Source: an uncultured Dorea sp. (lineage in GTDB: Bacteria > Bacillota > Clostridia > Lachnospirales > Lachnospiraceae). From it: a stretch of 64,000 nt of DNA. A model generated the notes under the pieces. It was not told where the DNA came from. It saw nothing but the letters and a program-made list of their open reading frames with translations, and did not search any database. The stretch covers positions 71,952 to 135,951 of the forward strand of contig CAJTRE010000003.1 in the NCBI GenBank assembly GCA_910578495.1, written 5' to 3'. Below, piece by piece: positions 53,531-62,571 of this stretch. Each line of letters opens with the position of its first letter. The first letter of the stretch is position 1. Both the position numbers and the translations under genes were made by a program.

Positions 53531-54052
53531 TTAGTATATTTTCAAGCTGCTTATTTTACCGTCCTGTAGTTCGATTCTTCCCTCTTCTTTTACTTCATTT
53601 CCATCCACATCTAAAGTGACCTTGAACTTATATGCTGAATTATCTTTTAAAATATTTACTTTCTTCACTTCACATTCCTTGCTGTTCGTATGTATGTCAT
53701 ATGCGTACCAATAATTTACCCCGACAAATTTCTGAAAAGCAGAATCGGTAAAATATTTTCCGTATACATTTTCAAATTCTTTCATTGTCTTTTCGGAAGC
53801 TTCCTTTGAGGCAGCTTCTGTTTCTTCATCAACGCCTTCGCCCATAATCACAGCGCTGTCTTCCGATGATTCAAACAATGCTGCAAGCTTCTGATTGTCT
53901 TCTGATTTTCCAAACCATATATGCAAGAAATCATCTACTAATTTTTCATCACTCCCCGGTTTAAGAACAAACACCAGTGCAACCACTACAACCGCAATTA
54001 CAACTCCTAAAATTCCTGCGTATTTCTTATTCACAACTATTTCTCCTCTCAA
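53531..54052 (-). CDS. Hypothetical membrane-anchored protein
   Basis: N-terminal TM followed by a soluble domain; no family recognised; start may be the downstream GTG. Confidence 0.65.
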   Translation of the reverse strand: MRGEIVVNKKYAGILGVVIAVVVVALVFVLKPGSDEKLVDDFLHIWFGKSEDNQKLAALFESSEDSAVIMGEGVDEETEAASKEASEKTMKEFENVYGKYFTDSAFQKFVGVNYWYAYDIHTNSKECEVKKVNILKDNSAYKFKVTLDVDGNEVKEEGRIELQDGKISSLKIY

Positions 54053-54093
54053 ATAATCGGTATGTGCATTTATGTCTATATATTAACAACATT

Positions 54094-54124
54094 AAAAAGG
54101 AAAGCTTTATTGCTTCCCTTTTTT
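54094..54124. terminator. Terminator after metA
   Basis: AAAAAGGAAAGC..GCTTCCCTTTTTT. Confidence 0.65.
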
Positions 54125-54155
54125 ATATTGAGGTAACTAATACAATTTATTTCCA

Positions 54156-55076
54156 TTAAAACGGCGTTCCGTACAAATCATACGGAGTTGCCTGATATAC
54201 GTAATAATTCAGCCAATTCGTATAAAGATTATTTGCAGTTGCTCTCCATGTAAGCAGCGGCCCTTTCTCTACGTCATCATCTTGATAATAATTTTTCGGA
54301 ACATCAATAGCAAGTCCTTTTCCAAGATCACGTTTATACTCTCCATCCAGTGTTACCCTGTCATACTCTGGATGTCCCATCACAAAAATCTGCCTTCCAT
54401 CCTGCGCCATAGCCAGAAATAGTCCCGCTTCCTCTGATTCAGCAAGAATAGTAATCCTTTCATCTTGCCTTACCTTTTCCAGTGGAATCTCCGTATGTCT
54501 GGAATGCGGCGCTAAAAATACATCATCAAACCCACGCACAAGCGGAATCTTACGGTTTAACACTTTATGCCAGTATATACCAAACACCTTATGATCAAGC
54601 TGTACTTTATCTATCCCATAATGATAATACATTGCCGCTTGAGCGCCCCAGCAAAGATGCAAGGTAGAAGTAACATGCGTCCTGCTCCACTCCATAATCT
54701 CTGTAAGTTCTTCCCAATAATCCACTTCCTCAAAGGGCAGATGTTCCACCGGAGTTCCGGTAATAATAAATCCGTCAAATTTACGGTCTTTAATTTCCTT
54801 AAACTTATGATAAAACTTATTCAAATGACTGGTCGGCGTATTCTTCGACACATGATTTGACACAGTAACAAAGCTTACGTCAACTTGAAGCGGCGTATTG
54901 GACAGAGAGCGTAAAATCTGAAGTTCTGTCTCCTCCTTGAGAGGCATCAGATTCAGAAGCCCGATTTTAATCGGACGAATGTCCTGATGCGCCGCACGAT
55001 GCTCATCCATAACAAATATATTCTCTTGCTCCAGTATTTCTTTTACCGGAAGATCATTCTTTACTCGAATCGGCAT
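54156..55076 (-). CDS. metA: Homoserine O-acyltransferase (MetA family)
   Basis: LNLMP, CWGAQA, PHSRH, GHPEYD, NWLNYYVYQ motifs. Confidence 0.96.
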   Translation of the reverse strand: MPIRVKNDLPVKEILEQENIFVMDEHRAAHQDIRPIKIGLLNLMPLKEETELQILRSLSNTPLQVDVSFVTVSNHVSKNTPTSHLNKFYHKFKEIKDRKFDGFIITGTPVEHLPFEEVDYWEELTEIMEWSRTHVTSTLHLCWGAQAAMYYHYGIDKVQLDHKVFGIYWHKVLNRKIPLVRGFDDVFLAPHSRHTEIPLEKVRQDERITILAESEEAGLFLAMAQDGRQIFVMGHPEYDRVTLDGEYKRDLGKGLAIDVPKNYYQDDDVEKGPLLTWRATANNLYTNWLNYYVYQATPYDLYGTPF

Positions 55077-55088
55077 AATTAATACTCC

Positions 55089-56450
55089 TTATCCTTCTTC
55101 CGCCGGAGGTGTCTCCACACTCTCCTTGGAATATACATAATTTCCGCTGTCGTCCACATAACTGAGCGGATCGTAATACTGTGATTCTTTGGGAAGACTC
55201 TTACTTTCCAGACGGTTATTGACAAACATCTGCACAATATAATAGAGAATTGCAAATGTAGGAACTCCCATCACCATACCGACAAAACCAAACAGACCGC
55301 CGCCCACCAGAATCGCTACGATTACCCAGAATGCAGAAAGCCCTGTGGAACTTCCAAGGATCTTCGGTCCCAGAATATTGCCGTCGAACTGCTGTAATAC
55401 GAGAATAAACAGCACAAAGTAAATTCCCTTTATAGGATCGCTCAATACAATCAAAACCGTACAGGGAATCGCCCCAATATATGGTCCGAAAAACGGAATT
55501 ACATTCGTCACCCCCACAATTACACTAATAAGCATGGCATATGGCATCTTCAACAGGCTGACGCCAACAAAACAAAGCACACCGATAATGGCAGAATCAA
55601 TAATCTTACCAATAATGAACCCGCCGAAAATCTGGTCGCTTTTTACGGTCAGGTGAAGAAGCATGTTTGCATGTCTAGGCTTCAAAACCGCATATACCAT
55701 TTTCTTAGACTGACGCACCAGAAGTTCTTTGCTGAACAATATGTAAACAGACACGATAATTCCAACCAGTACATTAAACACTTCTCCAAAGAAATTCAAT
55801 AAGTCCACCGTAAAGTTGGACATCCATTCATTGATCTCTCCCAGAAGATCCTGTCTAAGCCATGTCTGAAGCATTACGGTACCTTCCTCAATCGCCGTCT
55901 TTAAAATATTACTGGTAGTTGTATCATGAAACTGAATCTCATTGACTTTCTGCATCAATTCATTTAACTGTCCCGGCAGAATAAAAACCGTATTCCGGAT
56001 ACTCATATAAAGTTCCGGCAAAAGCAGATTACAAAGCGCTGCCACTAAAGTAATCAAAAAAATAAGCGCCGCAAAAATACCGGTTGCACGAGAGATTTTC
56101 TCCGCCTGTCCCTCTTTTTTTAACCTTTTTTTCAACTGTGGAACAAAATATATATCCACTTTTTTCACAATCGGATTCAATAAATAGGCAATCACCGCGC
56201 CGTATATCACCGGCTTCAGCACCCCAAACACTTCCTTAAAAGTGTCGGATACATTGGTCAGCCGAAGCAGTGCAAAATAAAACAGAATACTTGCCGCTAT
56301 CACAAGAAAATACGTCATTCCCCGGTTAAAATACTGACTTAGTTTTCCCGGCCCTCTTCCGCCGAATTTGGGCTTTGCAGAATAATATGCTCCTTCATTC
56401 GTCTTCTTTTCATCTGTACATTTTTTTTCGTTTGTTTTCTCTTCATTCAT
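55089..56450 (-). CDS. AI-2E family transporter
   Basis: AYLLNP, NVIPFFGPYIG, QQFDGNILGPKILG motifs. Confidence 0.9.
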   Translation of the reverse strand: MNEEKTNEKKCTDEKKTNEGAYYSAKPKFGGRGPGKLSQYFNRGMTYFLVIAASILFYFALLRLTNVSDTFKEVFGVLKPVIYGAVIAYLLNPIVKKVDIYFVPQLKKRLKKEGQAEKISRATGIFAALIFLITLVAALCNLLLPELYMSIRNTVFILPGQLNELMQKVNEIQFHDTTTSNILKTAIEEGTVMLQTWLRQDLLGEINEWMSNFTVDLLNFFGEVFNVLVGIIVSVYILFSKELLVRQSKKMVYAVLKPRHANMLLHLTVKSDQIFGGFIIGKIIDSAIIGVLCFVGVSLLKMPYAMLISVIVGVTNVIPFFGPYIGAIPCTVLIVLSDPIKGIYFVLFILVLQQFDGNILGPKILGSSTGLSAFWVIVAILVGGGLFGFVGMVMGVPTFAILYYIVQMFVNNRLESKSLPKESQYYDPLSYVDDSGNYVYSKESVETPPAEEG

Positions 56451-56512
56451 AATCTTATTTTCCTTTTATCACAATTAAAATAATTATACTCTGTCGGGAA
56501 TTTTCCGTCAAC

Positions 56513-56550
56513 AAAAAGGGAAAGCATTTTTAAAAAACACTTTCCCTTTC
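56513..56550 (-). terminator. Terminator after DUF1540 gene
   Basis: AAAAAGGGAAAG..CTTTCCCTTT. Confidence 0.7.
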
Positions 56551-56571
56551 AGATAATCCTCTTATCCTCTT

Positions 56572-56898
56572 CTACTTACAGCCACAGTTAAAAGTTGCAC
56601 ACTCTGTCTGTTCACACTGACAGGCATTGCTTCCCTCTACACTGATCTTTCCTGCATGACATACACATTCTTTATTGTACGTACACTCTGTGGCTTTACA
56701 ATCAATGTTACTGAGTGGAGACGCAGTTCCTGTGACATCACTGCTGTTAGAATAGCTTTCTTTACGCTCTTCAAAACTGTCGCAGCAAGTCTCTCCCGCG
56801 CGCTTTGCATTGTTTCCGCCTACCATAATCTTATCAAGGTTACAATAGAAATTCTTGTTGTGTGTACATGTCTGTACCGTACATTTAAGTTCTGGCAT
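56572..56898 (-). CDS. Cys-rich DUF1540-like repeat protein
   Basis: Two repeats of C-x4-C-x-(H/Y)N-x3-C...I-x-V...T-x-C-x-(S/T)F. Confidence 0.8.
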   Translation of the reverse strand: MPELKCTVQTCTHNKNFYCNLDKIMVGGNNAKRAGETCCDSFEERKESYSNSSDVTGTASPLSNIDCKATECTYNKECVCHAGKISVEGSNACQCEQTECATFNCGCK

Positions 56899-56927
56899 AC
56901 CACTACCTCCTTATTATAGATCAAAGT

Positions 56928-56957
56928 TAGTATGCCCCGAATATATATACTCTACTC
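56928..56957 (-). promoter_or_regulatory. Putative sigma-F/G promoter of the DUF1540 gene
   Basis: GAGTA-N15-GGGCATACTA. Confidence 0.55.
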
Positions 56958-56977
56958 ACAAAACAAAATTTCTTTTT

Positions 56978-58903
56978 TTAATCTTCTTTTTCCACCTGAC
57001 GGATGCATTTACTGTCAATTTCCTCTTTCACTGCGCTGATGAAGTCTGCAAGACTCTTCGGTCCCTCGTCTCCTGCGAAACGGCTTCTTACAGATACAAC
57101 TCCGGTCTCTTCCTCTTTCGCTCCGACTACTAACATATAAGGAATCTTATTCATCTGAGCCTCACGAATCTTGTAGCCAATCTTCTCTGCTCTTGTATCA
57201 ATCTCTGCGCGGATACCTGCCGCGTCTAAATCAACAAGTACCTTTTGTCCATATTCCATATATTTATCAGAAATCGGAAGTACCTTCACCTGTACCGGAG
57301 CCAGCCATGTCGGGAATGCTCCTGCAAAGTGCTCGATCAAAATACCGATGAAACGCTCGATGGAACCAAATGCCACACGATGAATCATAATCGGGCGGTG
57401 TTTCTCCCCGTCCGCACCTGTATACTCCAGCTCAAAACGCTGCGGCATCTGCATATCTAACTGAATCGTCCCGCACTGCCATGTTCTTCCGATGGAATCC
57501 TCTAAATGGAAATCTATCTTAGGTCCGTAAAATGCACCGTCTCCTTCATTTACTACATAGTCAAGTCCAAGATCATCAAGAGCTCCTTTCAGACCATTTG
57601 TTGCAAGCTCCCAGTCCTCGTCACTTCCCATACTGTTTTCCGGGCGTGTAGAGAGTTCTACATGATATTTGAATCCAAACAAACTATATACTTCGTCGAT
57701 CAGTCTTGCAACTCCTTTAATCTCATCACGAATCTGGTCCGGAGTCATGAAGATATGCGCGTCATCTTGTGTAAAGCATCTTACACGAAACAAACCATGA
57801 AGCGCGCCGGATTTCTCATGTCTGTGCACAAGACCAAGCTCTCCTGCACGAAGCGGAAGATCTTTGTAAGAGTGTGGTTCTGATTTATATACCAGCATAC
57901 CTCCCGGACAGTTCATCGGTTTCACTGCAAAATCTTCTTCATCAATGAGTGTTGTATACATATTGTCTTTGTAGTGATCCCAATGTCCGGAATTCTCCCA
58001 TAAGTGCCTGCTTAAAATAATCGGAGTATTGATTTCTACATAACCGTTCTTTTTGTGGAGTTCTCTCCAATAGTCAAGAAGTGTGTTTTTAAGCACCATT
58101 CCCTTTGGAAGGAAGAATGGGAAACCCGGTCCCTCATCACACATCATGAAAAGTCCAAGCTCTCTTCCAAGTTTTCTGTGGTCACGCTTCTTTGCCTCTT
58201 CCATCATGTGAAGATACTCGTCAAGCTCTGCTTTTTTAGGATATGCCACACCATAGATTCGTGTAAGCATCTTATTCTTCTCGTCGCCTCTCCAGTATGC
58301 ACCTGCAAGACTGGTAAGTTTAAAAGCTTTCACTGCCTTCGTAGACATTAAGTGCGGTCCTGCACAAAGATCGGTAAATTCTCCCTGGGAGTAGAAACTG
58401 ATCTCTTCTCCATCCGGAAGATCTTCTACTAGTTCTACTTTATATGGTTCATCTTTTTCTTTAAAATATGCGATTGCCTCTTCTCTGGATTTGGTAAATC
58501 TTTCCAGTGAAAGTCCTTCTTTTACAATCTTCTTCATCTCCGCTTCAATTTTCTCTAAATCCTCTGTCACAAACGGAGTCTCTCTGTCGAGATCATAGTA
58601 AAATCCATTTGCAATGGACGGCCCAATTGCAAGCTTTGTCTCCGGATACAGACGTTTTACAGCCTGTGCCATAATATGGGACGCCGTATGGTTAAACGCA
58701 CCTTTTCCATCCTCTGAATCAAAAGTCAGTATCTCAAGCTCAGCGTCAGTATCGACAACCGTTCGAAGATCTACAATCTCTCCATTCAGTTTTGCACAAG
58801 TTGCCACTCTCGCAAGACCCTCGCTGATTTCTTTTGCAATTTCAATAATTGCCATGTTCTGTGCGAATTCCATTACGGAACCGTCTTTCAATGTGATTTT
58901 CAT
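56978..58903 (-). CDS. thrS: Threonine--tRNA ligase
   Basis: TGS domain, DLCAGPH, RDHRKLG, KPMNCPG, FYGPKID, IHRVAFGSIERF. Confidence 0.99.
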   Translation of the reverse strand: MKITLKDGSVMEFAQNMAIIEIAKEISEGLARVATCAKLNGEIVDLRTVVDTDAELEILTFDSEDGKGAFNHTASHIMAQAVKRLYPETKLAIGPSIANGFYYDLDRETPFVTEDLEKIEAEMKKIVKEGLSLERFTKSREEAIAYFKEKDEPYKVELVEDLPDGEEISFYSQGEFTDLCAGPHLMSTKAVKAFKLTSLAGAYWRGDEKNKMLTRIYGVAYPKKAELDEYLHMMEEAKKRDHRKLGRELGLFMMCDEGPGFPFFLPKGMVLKNTLLDYWRELHKKNGYVEINTPIILSRHLWENSGHWDHYKDNMYTTLIDEEDFAVKPMNCPGGMLVYKSEPHSYKDLPLRAGELGLVHRHEKSGALHGLFRVRCFTQDDAHIFMTPDQIRDEIKGVARLIDEVYSLFGFKYHVELSTRPENSMGSDEDWELATNGLKGALDDLGLDYVVNEGDGAFYGPKIDFHLEDSIGRTWQCGTIQLDMQMPQRFELEYTGADGEKHRPIMIHRVAFGSIERFIGILIEHFAGAFPTWLAPVQVKVLPISDKYMEYGQKVLVDLDAAGIRAEIDTRAEKIGYKIREAQMNKIPYMLVVGAKEEETGVVSVRSRFAGDEGPKSLADFISAVKEEIDSKCIRQVEKED

Positions 58904-58933
58904 AGTTTCCCTCTCCTTGTCTTTATATTTTGT

Positions 58934-59398
58934 TTATTTTACTTTTACTACTTTTTTCGGAGGCTGCTCTTTTCTATAAGTCTCCAGACCTTTCTTAAAC
59001 ATCTCATGAAACTTTACATGTGCCTGTTTCAAAGATAACGGACGTCCGGTTTTATCAATAAAACAATGTTTGGTCGTACCTCTGCTGTGCACCATCCCGG
59101 TACTCTCTTTGATCACTTCATAACCAACGGTCAGTTTAATTCCATTGTACTCTTTGATAAAGCATTTCACCCGAAATGTATCTCCAAAACGCATCATCCT
59201 AAGGTAATCTGCCTGTACAGTCAGAACCGGGCTTATAATCCCATCTGCCTCCATAACCTCGTAGCCAAGTCCCATCTTTTCCATCATGTCTATTCTGGCT
59301 TCCTCAAACCATCGAATATAATTCGAGTGATGCACAATTCCCATCTGGTCTGTCTCATAATAGTGTACTTTGCGCTTGTAGCTTCCTTTTTCTGCCAT
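58934..59398 (-). CDS. Acyl-CoA thioesterase (4HBT/YbgC hot-dog family)
   Basis: VHYYETDQMGIVHHSNYIRWFEEAR motif. Confidence 0.92.
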   Translation of the reverse strand: MAEKGSYKRKVHYYETDQMGIVHHSNYIRWFEEARIDMMEKMGLGYEVMEADGIISPVLTVQADYLRMMRFGDTFRVKCFIKEYNGIKLTVGYEVIKESTGMVHSRGTTKHCFIDKTGRPLSLKQAHVKFHEMFKKGLETYRKEQPPKKVVKVK

Positions 59399-59419
59399 GT
59401 TTTCGTTCCTCTTTCTCCA

Positions 59420-59665
59420 AATAAAAATCCCTTACAGCTTTTTATTTGCTGTAAGGGACGAGTTTTCATAAAAGACTCGCGGTTCCACCCCGCTTGAACC
59501 GGCCATGAAATACCGGAACCTCTTCATTCATGATGATAACGGAATCACCGGACTGTTTTGCAGCCACTCAGAGGTAGTTTTCAGAAGGTTCCAAAATAAG
59601 AAGCTTGCAGCCGGCGGCTTCTCTCTCTGCTATTCCTTTCCCAACTTACTCGTCTCTTCAACGTG
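59420..59665 (-). ncRNA. T-box riboswitch, Thr specifier
   Basis: AGTA, AGAGAG, GGCTGCAAGC stem I motifs; GAAA-ACT-A specifier at ~59576-59578; T-box GGGGTGGAACCGCG; terminator TCCCTTACAGC..GCTGTAAGGGATTTTT. Confidence 0.9.
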
Positions 59666-59707
59666 TTTTTATATATGCCCTATATTATAACACTGTCTCA
59701 GCCTTTG

Positions 59708-60415
59708 TCAACCCTGCAGCCAAAGTTTCCACACAGCAAATACTTCTCTTATCATGTAGTTGATAAATAGCACCGGATGGCAGGACGCCGCCACCGGATA
59801 AACATTTCTGTATCCCTGTTTCTTTGCATACAGGCAGGCCCGATAAAGATGAAAATTATTGGATACAATCCCAACTACATCTTTCTCCTTATCCAGAAAC
59901 TGTGCTGAAAATCTTAGATTCTCCTGCGTTGTTCTGGACCTGTCTTCCAGAATCATCCTATTTTTTGAAATACCATGACAGCTCAGATACTCCCACATAG
60001 CCCGAGCTTCTGTAATATCTTCACCTTTTCCCTGTCCTCCGGACACAATCATCTTCGCCTTGGGATTCTTGCCGCCACAGCACAAAGCCGCTTCAAGCCT
60101 TCTTTGAAGAGAATCTGTAATCTTTGTTCCACGCACCTGCGCGCCAAGAACAATCAGATAATCATACGTCTTCTGTTTTTCAAACAGGAATCCTACAAGA
60201 ATCCTGAAAAATGTCAACAGCATCAATCCGCAGACAACTGCTGCTCCCCACCAAAATATCGGTAAAATCCCAAACCATTGACCACAAAACCAAAAGACCG
60301 ACAACAAGATACCCGCCGCCAGCCAGAATCTCGAAAATGTAGAATCCCACTTTCGCAAATATATACATATTATTACATAATAGACAAAACACAATGCCCC
60401 TATTACCAATAACAT
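59708..60415 (-). CDS. YdcF/ElyC (DUF218) family membrane protein
   Basis: [34 protein letters not shown] motifs. Confidence 0.9.
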   Translation of the reverse strand: MLLVIGALCFVYYVIICIYLRKWDSTFSRFWLAAGILLSVFWFCGQWFGILPIFWWGAAVVCGLMLLTFFRILVGFLFEKQKTYDYLIVLGAQVRGTKITDSLQRRLEAALCCGGKNPKAKMIVSGGQGKGEDITEARAMWEYLSCHGISKNRMILEDRSRTTQENLRFSAQFLDKEKDVVGIVSNNFHLYRACLYAKKQGYRNVYPVAASCHPVLFINYMIREVFAVWKLWLQG

Positions 60416-60921
60416 TATTTACCACAACATTTCTTATATTTTTTGCCGGAACCGCATGGACATGGATCATTACGCCCTATCTTCTTCTCCTTGCGGACAG
60501 TCGTTGACTCTTTCTGCTCTTTATACAGTCTTTTCAATTCCTCTTCCGGATAAATCTCTTTCCACTGTGGAAGCTCATATAACCAATCTGCCTTTGCGGC
60601 AACCATATTCTTATACAGCTTCTCTTTGTCAAATGCAAGGCTTACAACGGTATCCTCGTCCATCGTTTCAATCGGATTTGGCTCTTTCAGGCTCTCATCA
60701 ATTCCGTCTAAGAAACCTACCATTGTAAGAACTTCCTGATCATATTTCTCAGCAAGCTCTTTCACCGTACCTTTCACTTCCTCCTCTGGATTTGTCAGAA
60801 GCTTTTCATAAATCTCTTTCTCAATCTGGAAATAAGTTCCCCAGAATCTCTGAAGCTGTCCTCTGTCAGCACTTTCATCATAGGCGATGTCTCTCCATTG
60901 TTCTAATAATGTACGACTCAT
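60415..60921 (-). CDS. SEC-C metal-binding domain protein
   Basis: C-terminal [20 protein letters not shown]. Confidence 0.92.
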   Translation of the reverse strand: MSRTLLEQWRDIAYDESADRGQLQRFWGTYFQIEKEIYEKLLTNPEEEVKGTVKELAEKYDQEVLTMVGFLDGIDESLKEPNPIETMDEDTVVSLAFDKEKLYKNMVAAKADWLYELPQWKEIYPEEELKRLYKEQKESTTVRKEKKIGRNDPCPCGSGKKYKKCCGK

Positions 60922-61018
60922 ATTTTGATACTCCTTTGTATTATGATTTCATTTGCATTTTTATTCTGCTCTTTATATAATATACTAAAGTCTGGCTTAG
61001 ATGTAAAGGATGATTATT

Positions 61019-61243
61019 ATGAAAAGAACAAAACGTATACTGGCGGGTATCGGCGCTCTCATGCTTTTCGGCATGTACTTATGCACGCTGATCTTTGCAC
61101 TGATCGGAAGCCCTGCCGCCATTAATCTGTTAAAGGCCTCTGTTGCCTGCACCATCCTGCTTCCGGTGCTGTTATATTCTTATATTCTTGTGTACCGTAT
61201 TTTACGCAGTAAAAATGATCGGGAAGACCTTGAGAATCCATAA
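61019..61243 (+). CDS. Small hypothetical membrane protein
   Basis: Two hydrophobic segments; AAAGGATG RBS upstream. Confidence 0.65.
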   Translation: MKRTKRILAGIGALMLFGMYLCTLIFALIGSPAAINLLKASVACTILLPVLLYSYILVYRILRSKNDREDLENP

Positions 61244-61263
61244 CGGTTCAGCAGGCTGGCGCA

Positions 61264-62538
61264 TTATCTGTATATGATATCCTCTCTTCCCGGTCCGTTG
61301 GAGATCATCATAATCGGGAAACCAATCTTCTCTTCTATAAACTCGATATATCTGCGGCAGTTCTTTGGAAGCTTCTCGTATTCCCGGATGCCGCGGATGT
61401 CACACTTCCATCCCTGCAGTGTTTCAAACACAGGTTTCGCCTGTTTCAGCAGACGTGTGGTCGGAAATTCTGTCGTTACTTCCCCGTCAATCTCATATCC
61501 GGTACATACCGGAATCTCATCCAGATACCCCAGTACATCCAGAACAGTAAACGCCACGCCGGTCGTCCCCTGCATCCTGCATCCGTACTTGGACGCCACG
61601 CAGTCAAACCATCCCATACGTCTTGCCCGCCCGGTGGTTGCGCCGAACTCTCCTCCGTCACCGCCCCGCCGTCTCAGTTCATCCGCTTCTTCACCGAAAA
61701 TCTCACTGACAAATACACCTGCTCCTACAGCGCTTGAATATGCCTTACAAACCGTCACGATTTCCTGAATCTCATAAGGCGGAATTCCCGCTCCCACCGC
61801 ACCAAAACCTGCCAGTGTAGACGAAGATGTAACCATCGGATAGATTCCATGGTCCGGATCTTTTAGAGAGCCAAGCTGTCCCTCCAGAAGAATATTCTTT
61901 CCCTCTTTGATGGCGTTGTGAAGAAATAATGCAGTATCGCACACAAACGGTTCTATCATCTTCTTATACTCCATCAATTCATCAAACAATTCTTCCGGCG
62001 TTATGAGCGGCTTATGATACAGATGCTCAAGCAGTACATTCTTCTGAGCCGCCACGCGTTCTACTTTCTCTTTTAACAGTTCCTCATCATACAACTCGCT
62101 GACCTGAAAACCGATTTTAGCGTATTTATCTGAATAAAACGGAGCAATCCCAGACTTCGTGGAACCAAATGATTTCCCACCCAGCCGTTCCTCCTCATAT
62201 GCGTCAAAGTTCTTGTGATAAGACATGACCATCTGTGCACGATCGGATACAAGAAGTTTCGGCATCGGCACACCCTTTTCTCTGATCGACTGCACTTCTT
62301 TAAATAATACAGGAATATCTAATGCAACTCCATTTCCGATAATACTTGTGGTGTGATCATAAAACACACCCGACGGCAGAGTATGCAGGGCAAACTTCCC
62401 GTAATTATTTATAATCGTGTGTCCTGCATTGGCGCCGCCCTGAAAACGAACGATAATATCCGTTTCCCTTGCCAGCATATCCGTAATCTTCCCTTTTCCT
62501 TCGTCTCCCCAATTGGCTCCTACCACTGCTTTTACCAT
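61264..62538 (-). CDS. purA: Adenylosuccinate synthase
   Basis: WGDEGKGK, QGGANAGHT, EFGATTGR motifs. Confidence 0.98.
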   Translation of the reverse strand: MVKAVVGANWGDEGKGKITDMLARETDIIVRFQGGANAGHTIINNYGKFALHTLPSGVFYDHTTSIIGNGVALDIPVLFKEVQSIREKGVPMPKLLVSDRAQMVMSYHKNFDAYEEERLGGKSFGSTKSGIAPFYSDKYAKIGFQVSELYDEELLKEKVERVAAQKNVLLEHLYHKPLITPEELFDELMEYKKMIEPFVCDTALFLHNAIKEGKNILLEGQLGSLKDPDHGIYPMVTSSSTLAGFGAVGAGIPPYEIQEIVTVCKAYSSAVGAGVFVSEIFGEEADELRRRGGDGGEFGATTGRARRMGWFDCVASKYGCRMQGTTGVAFTVLDVLGYLDEIPVCTGYEIDGEVTTEFPTTRLLKQAKPVFETLQGWKCDIRGIREYEKLPKNCRRYIEFIEEKIGFPIMMISNGPGREDIIYR

Positions 62539-62571
62539 ATAATTCCTCCTTAATATATGCCAAACATCTAT

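Noticed and set aside
56395..56450. Degenerate 15-bp repeats at the AI-2E N-terminus (NEEKT/NEKKC/DEKKT)
   Set aside because: Short low-complexity tail with no evidence of function
61240..61262. TAACGGTTCAGC as another repeat copy
   Set aside because: Too short and degenerate; no second end or flanking duplication
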